Translations under genes and position numbers: made by a program
In this document: positions 1 to 11,701 of the stretch, piece by piece
How positions within the stretch are numbered: the stretch's first letter is position 1
Layout: every line of letters starts with the position of its first letter
The notes under the pieces: generated by a model
Databases searched by the model: none
What the model was told of the DNA's origin: nothing
Seen by the model: the letters and a program-made list of their open reading frames with translations, nothing else
Assembly (NCBI GenBank): GCA_963422645.2
Contig: CAXXVO010000014.1
Coordinates: 224,001 to 288,000 of the forward strand
DNA from: Alphaproteobacteria bacterium
GTDB lineage: Bacteria; Pseudomonadota; Alphaproteobacteria; UBA828
DNA: 64,000 bases
Reading direction: 5' to 3'

Positions 1-927
<927 letters not shown>

Positions 928-954
928 GAAAGCCCGGGAGCCCGAGGAACGGCC

Positions 955-1356
955 ATGGCCGACACCCTGCAGTTCGAACTCGTCGCGCCGGAGCGGCTGA
1001 TCTTCTCCGGCGACGTCGAGATGGTGGTGGTGCCGGGCGCCGAGGGCGACTTCGGCGTGCTGCCGGGCCATTCGCTGCTGCTCTCCACGCTCAGGCCCGG
1101 GGTGATCGAGATCTACGAGAACGAGAAGCCGAAGGACCGCTACGTGGTCGCCGAAGGCTTCGCAGAGGTGACCGGCGAGCGCTGCACGGTGCTCTCCACC
1201 GAGGCCTTCGAGGCCGGCGCCATCGACCGCGCCCAGGCCGAGGCGCGTCTCGAGCAGGCGCAACTCAGGTTGCGCGATGCCGAGGGCGACGAGGACCGCG
1301 CGAAGTTCGAGCGCGAGGTCGAGCTCGCGGAGCTTCTGGCCGCCAACGCCGGCTAA
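955..1356 (+). CDS. atpC: F0F1 ATP synthase subunit epsilon
   Basis: LVAPER...VVPGAEGDFGVLPGH motif, directly after atpD. Confidence 0.97.
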   Translation: MADTLQFELVAPERLIFSGDVEMVVVPGAEGDFGVLPGHSLLLSTLRPGVIEIYENEKPKDRYVVAEGFAEVTGERCTVLSTEAFEAGAIDRAQAEARLEQAQLRLRDAEGDEDRAKFEREVELAELLAANAG

Positions 1357-1589
1357 GCCGCCCCAGGCGCGCCCAAGAAGGCGGGCGATTAGGGGCATCG
1401 GCCAGCGCGGAAGCTGGGCCTTTCAAGACGAACCGAATTTCGCGCAACGCCCTGTTTTGCAGAATTGAATTGTATGATTTACCGGTTCTGACTTGCGGCG
1501 CGGAGGGGCCGGTCGCAGGCCGGCCACCGTGGGCGTCGGAATGCGAGACCGTTTCCGTGTGAACCGGAAAGGGTCCAGGAGATTGAGCC

Positions 1590-2492
1590 ATGCCCAGGAA
1601 GGTTTCGATCGCGGCGTGTCAGTTCGTTGTCAGGCCCGTCGGCAGCTTCGACGAATTTGCCGCTCACGCACGCGGGCTGCTGGATGGGGCAGAGGGTGCC
1701 GACCTGGTCCTGTTCCCGGAGCTCTTCACCATCGAGCTGTTCACGACCTTTCCCGACTGGAAGGATTTGCCGGTTTCCGAGCTGACCCGCATTCATGAAC
1801 ATGGGAACACCAGTTACACCGAAGACTATCGCCGGCTCTTCGAAAGCGAGGCCAGGAAGCGCGGGCAGCACATCGTCGCCGGCTCTCATCTGGAAAAGAG
1901 GGAGGGCAGATATCTCAACGTCGCCTATCTCTACGGCCCCGACGGGCTCGTTCACAGCCACGAGAAGACGCATATCTTTCCGGCTGAAGCGCAGTGGTCG
2001 ACCGAGGAGGGCGATACGATCGAAATGGTCGAACTTCCCTTCGCCAAGGTCGGATTCAACGTGTGTTACGAAGCCGAGATTCCGGAGTGCGCCGCGAGCC
2101 TTGCCGAGCAGGGCGCCGAAATCATCCTGTGCCCGTCTCTCACCTTCACGGAACAGGGCTTCTGGCGCGTCCGCCACTGTGCCCAGGCGCGCGCGATCGA
2201 GAACCAGGTGTACGTCGTCCACTGCGGCGGGAGTGCCGCGCTCCCGCCTGGCGGGCCTCTGCCGTCTCCCTGGGGGCGGAGCTCGATTCTGAGCCCCTGC
2301 GACGCGCCGTGGGATGCCCCGAACGGCATCATCGCGGAAGCGCCGGAGCCCAACATCGAAACCGTGGTGCGCGGCGAGGTCGACCTCGACAAGATCCACG
2401 AGAATCGCGAGAAGGGCGCCGCACCCACCTTCCGCGACCGCCGCCGGCGCGCGGACCTCTACGGGCATTGGCCCAGCCACACCAACGCATAG
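1590..2492 (+). CDS. Carbon-nitrogen hydrolase (nitrilase superfamily)
   Basis: E-K-C triad motifs FPELF, HEKTHIF and VCYEAE; ARAIENQVYVV. Confidence 0.9.
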   Translation: MPRKVSIAACQFVVRPVGSFDEFAAHARGLLDGAEGADLVLFPELFTIELFTTFPDWKDLPVSELTRIHEHGNTSYTEDYRRLFESEARKRGQHIVAGSHLEKREGRYLNVAYLYGPDGLVHSHEKTHIFPAEAQWSTEEGDTIEMVELPFAKVGFNVCYEAEIPECAASLAEQGAEIILCPSLTFTEQGFWRVRHCAQARAIENQVYVVHCGGSAALPPGGPLPSPWGRSSILSPCDAPWDAPNGIIAEAPEPNIETVVRGEVDLDKIHENREKGAAPTFRDRRRRADLYGHWPSHTNA

Positions 2493-2620
2493 CTGCGTCC
2501 GCATGCGGAGCGGTCGGGCTCGCCGAGCCGCCAGCCGCCAGTGCCGGCTGGGCTGGCCGCCTCCGACCCCAGAGCCTCCGCGGCAAGCGCACACTGCGCC
2601 AAAGACATCCTTGAAAAGTT

Positions 2621-4499
2621 GTAACTGCCCAGGTCGTCTGATTTGTCATTTTGGGCCAGTGGATTGAGGCGTTTCTCGTTCGGAGTTGGTGGAAAGGGCT
2701 TGACGGGAATTTCGGGAAATGACTCAACAACGACATGAGCAATCCCGAGTCGCCGCGCGGCCCTTCGACGGGAGCAGCGCCCGAAACGCCCGCGCAGAAG
2801 ATCGCCCGCCTGGAGGAGGAGAACGCCCGGCTTCGGGAGGAAAATGCCTGGCTTCGGCAGCAGAACGCGCGGCTGGAAGAGCAAGTCGCGCGTCTCGTCG
2901 AGCGCATCGAGGAGTTGGAGCGCCGTCTCGGCCTCAACAGCGGCAAGCCGCCTTCGAGCGATGGGCTGAGGAAGCCGAATTCGAAGCGGCGAACCCGAAG
3001 CCTGCGCGGCAAATCGGGCCGCAAGCCCGGTGGCCAGCCCGGCCACAAGGGCAAGACGCTGCGCCGCGCCGATCACCCGGATCGGGTGAAGGATCACGTC
3101 CCGGCTTCCTGCAAGGGATGCGGTTCGCCGCTTTCGGACGCGGCCAGGGCGGGAACGCCCGTCGCCCGCCAGGTGTTCGATCTGCCCGAGCCGAGCCCCC
3201 TGGAGGTGACCGAGCACCGGGCGCATGCCAAGTGCTGCGGGCATTGCGGGACGATGACCCGGGCGGCGTTCCCCGACGGGGTGTCGGCGCCGGTGCAGTA
3301 CGGCCCGCGCATTGCCGGGGTGGCGGTCTACCTTCAGCACGCTCACTTCCTGCCGGAGGATCGGCTGTCGCAGGTGATGGCCGAGCTCTTCGGCGCGCCG
3401 GTGACGGCTGCGACGTTGGCGACGATGAGCGAGAGGGCGGCCGAGCGGCTGCGGGACGCGGCCTTGCACATACAGGACCTGGCGGCGGGCACGGCGCGGG
3501 TGAAACACATGGACGAGACCGGCTTGCGGATCGGCGGTCAGACGCAGTGGCTTCATGTGATCTGCACGCCGCTGCTGGCGGCGTACCGGGTCAGCGGCAA
3601 GCGCGGCGCCCTGCTCTCGGGTGTCTCCGGCATCGTCGTGCACGATCACTGGAAGCCGTACTTCGCGATGGAAGGGGTGGAGCACGGCCTGTGCAACGCC
3701 CATCACCTGCGGGAGTTGCAGGCGCTGGTGGACATCGAAGGGGAGGCTTGGGCCCGGCGGATGCAGCAGCTCCTGCGCCGAGCCAATCGCGCCGCCCGCA
3801 TCGCGCTGGACAAGGATATCGCCGTTCCGGCGAGGCTTGTGGCGCTGATCGAGCGCCGATACGACGAGATCATCGCCGATGCGCTGGCCTTTCACGAGAG
3901 CCAACCACCGTTCTCGCCTGGCAAGAGGAAGAAGCGCCGGAAGCGAAGGATCGGTCACAATCTGGCCTTGAGGCTGCGCGACCACAAATGCGCGGTGCTC
4001 CGGTTCCTGATCGACCTCGAGGTCGGGTTCACGAACAACGAGGCCGAGCGCGACCTTCGGATGATGAAGCTGCGCCAGAAGATCTCCGGGGGCTTCCGGT
4101 CCGCGCAGGGGGCCGAGAACTTCGCCATCCTGCGCAGCGTCATCACCACCGCCAGAAAGCAGGGCTGGAATATCATCGAAGCCCTGACCAGCCCATCGGA
4201 TCGGCTCATCGCCACCGTCAAGTGCGCGTAAGCTCACCTGGCACGGGTTCTCCAACAGCGGAGCCATTCTCATAAACGATCATGGTCGACGCCGTGCTGG
4301 ACCACCCCATAGAATGAAAATCGGTGCCCGTCGCGCGGGCGGACTTCGGGCCACATCGGGGTAGCTTACCGGTCGCAGTCCGCAAGAGGGGCATCGTGAG
4401 CTGTGAAACCCGGCGACCCCAGAGGAGCACACGGGCGTCGCGTGGGTAGCGTTGTGCCGAATCCCAGAGAATTTTCACAGCAAGAACCTGGGCGGTTAC
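2621..4499 (+). mobile_element. IS66-family element (single-ORF type), copy 1
   Basis: Ends GTAACTGCCCAGGT and ACCTGGGCGGTTAC (14-bp IR, 1 mismatch). 8-bp TSD GAAAAGTT at 2613-2620 and 4500-4507. Confidence 0.95.
2735..4231 (+). CDS. IS66 transposase
   Basis: Coiled-coil N-terminus, [14 protein letters not shown], CxxC zinc ribbon, HMDETG, VHDHWKPY, CNAHHLRE, TNNEAERDLR. Confidence 0.95.
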   Translation: MSNPESPRGPSTGAAPETPAQKIARLEEENARLREENAWLRQQNARLEEQVARLVERIEELERRLGLNSGKPPSSDGLRKPNSKRRTRSLRGKSGRKPGGQPGHKGKTLRRADHPDRVKDHVPASCKGCGSPLSDAARAGTPVARQVFDLPEPSPLEVTEHRAHAKCCGHCGTMTRAAFPDGVSAPVQYGPRIAGVAVYLQHAHFLPEDRLSQVMAELFGAPVTAATLATMSERAAERLRDAALHIQDLAAGTARVKHMDETGLRIGGQTQWLHVICTPLLAAYRVSGKRGALLSGVSGIVVHDHWKPYFAMEGVEHGLCNAHHLRELQALVDIEGEAWARRMQQLLRRANRAARIALDKDIAVPARLVALIERRYDEIIADALAFHESQPPFSPGKRKKRRKRRIGHNLALRLRDHKCAVLRFLIDLEVGFTNNEAERDLRMMKLRQKISGGFRSAQGAENFAILRSVITTARKQGWNIIEALTSPSDRLIATVKCA

Positions 4500-4666
4500 G
4501 AAAAGTTCCAGGCAGCTTGGTACTTGGCAGAAAAATGCGCGTCGAATACCTTGCCCAATGAACAGCCCCGATGTTTCCCGTCTCAGTTGTCCTGAGCCAG
4601 GACAGGCGGCGGACAAAGCGCGATCCAAGGGCTGAGATCGATGCCCGCACCTTTGAGGTCGGTCCC

Positions 4667-5125
4667 ATGCAGATGACGAAGTACAGCGACTATTCGTTGA
4701 GGGCCCTCATCTACCTGGGCCTCAACCGCCACCGGCGCTGCACGATCCGGGAAATCGCCGAAGCCTATGGCATTTCAGAGAACCACCTGATGAAGCTGAT
4801 CCATCAGCTGGGCCAGGAGGGCTACATCACGACCACCCGGGGCAAGAACGGCGGCCTGGAGCTCGCGATGCCGGCGAGCGAGATCAATCTGGGCGAGGTC
4901 TTTCGGGCAACCGAAGGGAACTTCCAACTGGTCGAGTGCTTCGCAGGACAGCAAAAGAACACGTGCCCGATTGCCGGACCGTGTCGGTTGACCGGTGTCC
5001 TGGAGACAGCCCTGCAGGCCTTTCTCGAGGTTCTGGACCAGTACACGCTCGAAGACATGCTGACGCCGGCGCCGGCGTTTCGGCGCATATTCGCTGCGCG
5101 GGAAGAGGGCAGGCTGCTGTCGTAG
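4667..5125 (+). CDS. nsrR: Rrf2-family regulator, NsrR-like NO sensor
   Basis: MQMTKYSDYSLRALIYL, ISENHLMK, RGKNGG and three C-terminal Cys (VECF...CPI...C). Adjacent to nirK/nirV. Start taken at ATG 4667. Confidence 0.8.
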   Translation: MQMTKYSDYSLRALIYLGLNRHRRCTIREIAEAYGISENHLMKLIHQLGQEGYITTTRGKNGGLELAMPASEINLGEVFRATEGNFQLVECFAGQQKNTCPIAGPCRLTGVLETALQAFLEVLDQYTLEDMLTPAPAFRRIFAAREEGRLLS

Positions 5126-5133
5126 GGAGCGCG

Positions 5134-5976
5134 CTACGCTTCCCGCACCACGCGGAAGCCGAAGTTGGCAGGCATGGGCTTCACCGAACAACCGCCGGTG
5201 GAGGTGTCGCGAACGAAGGTCGGCATGTAGCTTGTGTGCTCGCCGCGCAGGACCCTGATGCCGCAGTTCTCCCTGGAAACCGGGCCGTCATCGGTCCGGT
5301 AGGTCTGCTGCCAGCAGCCGTCGGTCCATTCCCAGACGTTGCCCTTGGTATCGACCACGCCGAACCCGTTGCTTTCGTAGGACGCCACCGGCTTCGTCTT
5401 GGCCGTTCCCCGGTAGGCCAGCAGGAAATCCTCCGCCCAGGCCAAGTCCTCGTCCCCGAAGTAGGAGGGCGGCTCGACCGGCTCCGGCGAACCCGCGCGC
5501 GCCGCGTATTCCCATTCGTCCCCGGTCGGCAAGCGGTAACGCTCGCCAGTCGCCTGCGACAGCCACTCCAGGTACTGCGCGATGTCGTCCCAGCTCACGT
5601 CGATGACGGGGCGGTCCGCCCGCCCCCAGCCCTTGTCGTCCGGGCGGTGGTCGCAGCCGCCGGCCCGGTGGCAGTGATCCCATTGCTCGAAGGTGATCTC
5701 GAATTTGCCCATCAGGAAGGGCCGCTCGAAGACGACGCGGCGGGGCTCCGCTTCTTCCATCCCTGCGGACCGGCGGTCGGAATCGCCGACCGCCATCTCA
5801 CCGGCCGGGATGAGGACGAGCTCCGGCAAGAATTTCCCGGGAACCGAGGGGCTGGCGGCTTCGGAGCCAGCCGAGCCGGCGCCGAAGAAGAGCGACACGC
5901 CCAGAATCCCCGCCGCAAGACACGCGCCCGCGGCAACCTGGCCAGGCAGCAGCCTCATCCTTTTGAATTCCATCAT
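5134..5976 (-). CDS. nirV: Formylglycine-generating-enzyme-domain protein, NirV-like
   Basis: RPVIDVSWDD, YRLPTGDEWEYAAR, GNVWEW and GFRVVR motifs. Immediately downstream of nirK. Confidence 0.75.
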   Translation of the reverse strand: MMEFKRMRLLPGQVAAGACLAAGILGVSLFFGAGSAGSEAASPSVPGKFLPELVLIPAGEMAVGDSDRRSAGMEEAEPRRVVFERPFLMGKFEITFEQWDHCHRAGGCDHRPDDKGWGRADRPVIDVSWDDIAQYLEWLSQATGERYRLPTGDEWEYAARAGSPEPVEPPSYFGDEDLAWAEDFLLAYRGTAKTKPVASYESNGFGVVDTKGNVWEWTDGCWQQTYRTDDGPVSRENCGIRVLRGEHTSYMPTFVRDTSTGGCSVKPMPANFGFRVVREA

Positions 5977-7264
5977 GTGCTGCACCCTCCCTCTCGATCG
6001 CGTTGGGCGAGGCAGGGGCTGCTCCCGGCAAGCGGGAGCAGCCCCTCTATTGCGGCGCCTAAGCCGTCATGATGGTCGGCGGTTGAACCTGTGTCATCAG
6101 GTTGTGGTCCCATTCGCCCTCCACGACGACGATGGCCAGCGCACCGAGCTCCACGGCCTCGATCAGGTTGTGCGACAGATACACGTAGGCGCCGCCCGGC
6201 TGGCGGAAGGTATAGAGCGCCGCACCGGCGGAGCCACCGCGGATGAACCAGGTCTCCAGCCCTTCCAGCGGCGGGTCGGAGAAGGAGCCCTCCTCCCAGA
6301 CATAGTCGCCGTGGCCGCCGATCAGGTGCGGCCTGGAATCGCGGTTGGCCTGGGAGTGGATGAAGAGCACGGACTCGCCGACATTGGCGGTCATCGCGTT
6401 GTCCCCGGTAAGCGCCCCGGCCGCGCCATTGAACACGACATGGCTTGGCGTGAGCGTGTGCATCACGTCGAAGACGTCCGCCATCGCATCCGCGTGCTCT
6501 TCGTACTCCAGGAAGTTGCCCTCGGCGTCGCGCGGCACGTAGAAGTCCTGCTCGCCGACATAATAGGCCCGGTCGTAGCGGAGCGGATTGCCGTGGCGGT
6601 CCTTGAGGCCGTCTCGCGGCAGCACCATCACGGCGCCATTCATGCCGGAGACGACGTGATAGGGGATCATCGAGCCACCCGGCGCGCAGTGGTAGATGTA
6701 GGTGCCGGGCTTGGTCGCCTTAAAGCGCAGCATGACCTGCTCGCCCGGCTGGACATGCGTGAGCGCGCCGCCTCCGAGCGCGCCCGTCGACGCGTGGAAG
6801 TCGATGTTGTGCTCGAAGATGTTGCTCGCCGGATTCTTGAGCGTGAGTTCGATGTAGTCGCCCTCGTGGCAGATCATCAGCGGCCCCGGAATCGAGCCGT
6901 TGAACGACAGCGTGTTGTACATGGTGCCGTCGCCGTCGATTACGCGCTTGTCCTCGACGGGGCTGAGTTCCACCTCGATGATCTTGGGGCCGTCGGTGGC
7001 GACCTGCTCGTGCGCCGGCACAAAGGGGGGCGCCACGAGCTCCTGCTTGACCCGCGGCAGGCTGCTGACATCCGCCTCGCTGGCCGAGGCCACCATTACG
7101 GGAGACATCGCCGATGCGGCTCCCAACGCGCCTCCGACCTTGAGAAAATCGTAACTGCCCAGGTCGTCTGATTTGTCATTTTGGGCCAGTGGATTGAGGC
7201 GTTTCTCGTTCGGAGTTGGTGGAAAGGGCTTGACGGGAATTTCGGGAAATGACTCAACAACGAC

Positions 7265-8771
7265 ATGAGCAATCCCGAGTCGCCGCGCGGCCCTTCGACG
7301 GGAGCAGCGCCCGAAACGCCCGCGCAGAAGATCGCCCGCCTGGAGGAGGAGAACGCCCGGCTTCGGGAGGAAAATGCCTGGCTTCGGCAGCAGAACGCGC
7401 GGCTGGAAGAGCAAGTCGCGCGTCTCGTCGAGCGCATCGAGGAGTTGGAGCGCCGTCTCGGCCTCAACAGCGGCAACAGCGGCAAGCCGCCTTCGAGCGA
7501 TGGGCTGAGGAAGCCGAATTCGAAGCGGCGAACCCGAAGCCTGCGCGGCAAATCGGGCCGCAAGCCCGGTGGCCAGCCCGGCCACAAGGGCAAGACGCTG
7601 CGCCGCGCCGATCACCCGGATCGGGTGAAGGATCACGTCCCGGCTTCCTGCAAGGGATGCGGTTCGCCGCTTTCGGACGCGGCCAGGGCGGGAACGCCCG
7701 TCGCCCGCCAGGTGTTCGATCTGCCCGAGCCGAGCCCCCTGGAGGTGACCGAGCACCGGGCGCATGCCAAGTGCTGCGGGCATTGCGGGACGGTGACCCG
7801 GGCGGCGTTCCCCGACGGGGTGTCGGCGCCGGTGCAGTACGGCCCGCGCATTGCCGGGGTGGCGGTCTACCTTCAGCACGCTCACTTCCTGCCGGAGGAT
7901 CGGCTGTCGCAGGTGATGGCCGAGCTCTTCGGCGCGCCGGTGACGGCTGCGACGTTGGCGACGATGAGCGAGAGGGCGGCCGAGCGGCTTGCGGGACGCG
8001 GCCTTGCACATACAGGACCTGGCGGCGGGCACGGCGCGGGTGAAACACATGGACGAGACCGGCTTGCGGATCGGCGGTCAGACGCAGTGGCTTCATGTGA
8101 TCTGCACGCCGCTGCTGGCGGCGTACCGGGTCAGCGGCAAGCGCGGCGCCCTGCTCTCGGGTGTCTCCGGCATCGTCGTGCACGATCACTGGAAGCCGTA
8201 CTTCGCGATGGAAGGGGTGGAGCACGGCCTGTGCAACGCCCATCACCTGCGGGAGTTGCAGGCGCTGGTGGACATCGAAGGGGAGGCTTGGGCCCGGCGG
8301 ATGCAGCAGCTCCTGCGCCGAGCCAATCGCGCCGCCCGCATCGCGCTGGACAAGGATATCGCCGTTCCGGCGAGGCTTGTGGCGCTGATCGAGCGCCGAT
8401 ACGACGAGATCATCGCCGATGCGCTGGCCTTTCACGAGAGCCAACCACCGTTCTCGCCTGGCAAGAGGAAGAAGCGCCGGAAGCGAAGGATCGGTCACAA
8501 TCTGGCCTTGAGGCTGCGCGACCACAAATGCGCGGTGCTCCGGTTCCTGATCGACCTCGAGGTCGGGTTCACGAACAACGAGGCCGAGCGCGACCTTCGG
8601 ATGATGAAGCTGCGCCAGAAGATCTCCGGGGGCTTCCGGTCCGCGCAGGGGGCCGAGAACTTCGCCATCCTGCGCAGCGTCATCACCACCGCCAGAAAGC
8701 AGGGCTGGAATATCATCGAAGCCCTGACCAGCCCATCGGATCGGCTCATCGCCACCGTCAAGTGCGCGTAA
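7265..8771 (+). pseudogene. IS66 transposase with +1 frameshift near 7989
   Basis: GAGCGGCTTGCGG here versus GAGCGGCTGCGG in copy 1. Splits into ORFs starting 7265 and 7989..8771. Confidence 0.85.
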
Positions 8772-8773
8772 GC

Positions 8774-11132
8774 TCAGACTTCCTGACCTCTGCTGATTTT
8801 AGGTGACACGAGCCGCGCGGATTCCGAGGCCCCGTCGATGTCGTAGACTATGCGCAGACGGGTGCCGGGGAAGACCGTTTCGGTGGCGTTCAGGTCGCTC
8901 AGAACCGCATCGATCCAACGGTCGCAGGCGTCGTTTGCGAGGCCAAGAATGTGGACCCGCAGGAGGCCATTGCCAGGATCCGGCAGGATGTCGGCATCGG
9001 CGGTGAGCAGCGCTTGAAGCAGTTTCCGGGGATGGGGCTTGTGGCCCTGCGCCTGCATGACGGGAAGCATCATGCGGGTTTCGGCGCGGTAGGCGATCAT
9101 CCGGATGACGTCGAGGAGGAGGCGCTCGCGCGCGGGCAAGGCATCGAGCTGCTCGGCTTCGTCGAGGTCGCCGGCCCGGCAGTGCTTGGGCGTCTCCCTG
9201 CGGCTGGCCCTGACGATGTCGCGGACATCCTGGAGGTCCCTGACTTCCCTCCTGAGTTCCGCCGTCGGCTGCTTCTTCCGGGCCGTGTCGGCGATGCGGT
9301 TGCGCAGGCGGCCAAGCTGGCGGTCGAGGCGATGGATTGCCTTGTCATAGGCCCGCCGCAGCGGGTTGACGACCATGGCGGCGGGATCGAGAGGCTCGAG
9401 CTCGTGGGTCGGCAGGGCGTCGAGATTGAACTCGTCACGCATGTACTTGAAGAAGTTCTCCTGCGACCAGCGCGAGAACATGGCGCCCGCAACCTCAGCC
9501 ATCGGCTTGTGCGGATCGGTGGTGATCAGCGGCACCTGACGGCCGTTGTCGAGCAGGCGGCGGATCTGGCGCACCCTGAAGCCGTTCGGCAACGTCACCG
9601 GCTTCTCAGCCAGCCGCATGGTGGCGCTGCCGTCCGCCGCCGGTCCGTGAATGGGAACGGTCATCGCGCCGAAGTCCTCGGCCGGCCAGTCCTCGCCCCT
9701 GAAGTTCTTGTGCCAGGTCAGGCAGGCGACGCCGCGCCTCGCCAGCCGGCGGAACAGATCCGGGCTCCAGCCCTCGCGGTCGAAGACCAGGGTGAGCGCC
9801 GGCTGGCCGGGATGCTCGGCGGTCAGGTCCGGCGCCCCGGCGCCAACGATCCCAAGCTCCTGCAGCGCCGGCACCACGTCGGCTTCGATGGCCGCGACCA
9901 TCTTCGGGTCCAGCGGCTTGTGCAGACAGAGCAGCGGCTTGCCGCCCAGAGCGTTGATCCAGTAGCTGGCGCTCGCCGGCAGGCACAGCTTCTCGCGCGA
10001 GACGAAGTGCTTGGGCAAGCGCCCCTTGCGGCCGGAGTAGACCTTGACGTGCCCGTCGATGGCCAGCGTCGCCCAGAGCTCCGGCTCGTCGGCCTTGCCA
10101 GCGCCTGGCAAGGGCGAGCTGCCACGCCCGCACGCCGGCCTCGTCGTCGGCGATGAGAGCGATCTTGCGGCGCAGCGTCTTGACCTCGGGGCAGCGATCG
10201 AGGCCGAGAATGGCGCCCCATTCGCCCGGCGCCTGGTAGCGCAGGCTCTCGGGGTTGCGCACCCGCGCCAAGGTCATGAAGGCCAGGAAGAGCAGGATCG
10301 TAGGCAAGCCGTAATAGCCCTTCGGCAGCAATGGCAGGAGACCGGTCTCGGAGAGAAGACCTTCCTTCAGCAGGGCCGGCAGGGCGGCGAGCACGCCGCC
10401 GAAGCGGACACCGCGGGCGGCGGCGGCGAACTGCGGTTCGACCGGCCCCGCCTGTCCACAACTGGCCAGAACCCGAGCCGGAACATCGCAAGTCGCACGC
10501 CCCATCGGCGCCTGCCGGTCCCGCCGATCGCGCGCGCTGCGATCCGTTTGCGGCTGCGCTTCCAGCCCCGGCGCCGTCTCCGGCCCCGGGGCACCGGTAC
10601 TCTCTTCATCGACACGGCCTTCAGGAGCCGCACCCGCGTCAGGCGGCGCAGCCAGCGCTGAGCGTCCGGGCTCCCCATCCGCCTCCGTGTTGCCGATCAG
10701 TCCCTGACGGCGCCACTTGTTGACCGATGGCGCTGACACGCCGAGAACCCGGGCCGCCGCAGAGCCGCTCAGGCCCGATGCCAGCAACGCCGTCGCCTTC
10801 TCCGCCAACTCCGGAGTGAACACCGACGGCCCGCGACCGCGCCGGGGCTTCATGAACCCCGCTTCGCCCTCGGCCAGGTAGCGCCGTCGTGCGCGCTGCA
10901 CCGTCGCGCGCGAGACAGCGAAAGCGTCAGCCAGTTCCTGCGGCGAGACCGCGCTGATCGCCGCGAGGCGGCCGATCCGCAAGAGCATGGCCGTGCGGTC
11001 ATCGGCGGCGTGGCTGTCAAAGGGAATGAGGTTGGAAAAGTAGGTGAAGGTGTCGTCCGAGATCAGGACGGCGAAGCAGCTGTTGCCGATCGAGACCGCC
11101 TCTGGAGGGCACATTGGGAGGGTACTGGGCAT
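8774..11132 (-). pseudogene. Large putative DDE transposase, frameshifted near 10095
   Basis: N-terminal HTH-like segments; AIDGHVKVY, VFDREGWS and RWSQENFFKY motifs. The two ORFs join if one base is removed at TGG CAA G GCC GAC. Confidence 0.8.
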
Positions 11133-11286
11133 GGTTGAGACCGTGCAATTGGTATCAAATTATAATATCAGACCTCGGGCGCGACACCCAGCGAAAAACC
11201 GCCTGAAACAACCGAAATGTATCAGAATTCAAGGGGTTCCCGGCACGCTGCCCAGAACAGCCAGCATCACGAGGTCAGGAAGTCTG
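8775..11286 (-). mobile_element. Nested IS of uncertain family
   Basis: Perfect IR CAGACTTCCTGACCTC at both ends. Duplication AAGCT at 8770-8774 and 11287-11291 (alternatively 17-bp IR with 3-bp AGC). The empty site is visible in IS66 copy 1. Confidence 0.93.
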
Positions 11287-11701
11287 AAGCTCACCTGGCA
11301 CGGGTTCTCCAACAGCGGAGCCATTCTCATAAACGATCATGGTCGACGCCGTGCTGGACCACCCCATAGAATGAAAATCGGTGCCCGTCGCGCGGGCGGA
11401 CTTCGGGCCACATCGGGGTAGCTTACCGGTCGCAGTCCGCAAGAGGGGCATCGTGAGCTGTGAAACCCGGCGACCCCAGAGGAGCACACGGGCGTCGCGT
11501 GGGTAGCGTTGTGCCGAATCCCAGAGAATTTTCACAGCAAGAACCTGGGCAGTTACAGAAAATCACGCCTGTTCACTTGCAGCATGGCTATTACCTCCTA
11601 ATCAGCTGTTGTCTCTTGGCTTGCCTTCGGTGCGCCCGCGCGCAGATCGGCTGAGCAGTTAGGGCATTCGACGATCCACGGAGACGAGCGCCGGGGCACT
11701 A

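Larger units (their letters stand above)
7151..11556 (+). mobile_element. IS66-family element, copy 2, containing a nested IS
   Basis: Perfect 14-bp IR GTAACTGCCCAGGT. 8-bp TSD AGAAAATC at 7143-7150 and 11557-11564. Near-identical to copy 1. Confidence 0.95.
6059..11585 (-). pseudogene. nirK: Copper-containing nitrite reductase interrupted by nested IS (pieces 11585-11557 and 7150-6059)
   Basis: Body has [33 protein letters not shown] and YLSHNLIEA. Removing 7151-11564 restores [26 protein letters not shown] lies upstream of ATG 11585. Confidence 0.95.

Noticed and set aside
2598-2620. NsrR box at the IS66 copy 1 target upstream of nsrR
   Set aside because: The reconstructed site AAAGACATCCTTGAAAAGTTCCA matches the consensus too poorly.
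7980-8000. Programmed frameshift in IS66 copy 2 (also considered for ~10095)
   Set aside because: Copy 1 is continuous at this site and no slippery heptamer is evident; mutation or sequencing error is more likely.
6059-8050. 663-aa NirK with a novel N-terminal extension
   Set aside because: The extension is the antisense frame of the IS66 transposase; the true start is at 11585.
2621-11556. Composite transposon carrying nsrR-nirV-nirK
   Set aside because: Each IS66 copy has its own distinct TSD and one lies inside nirK, so they inserted independently.
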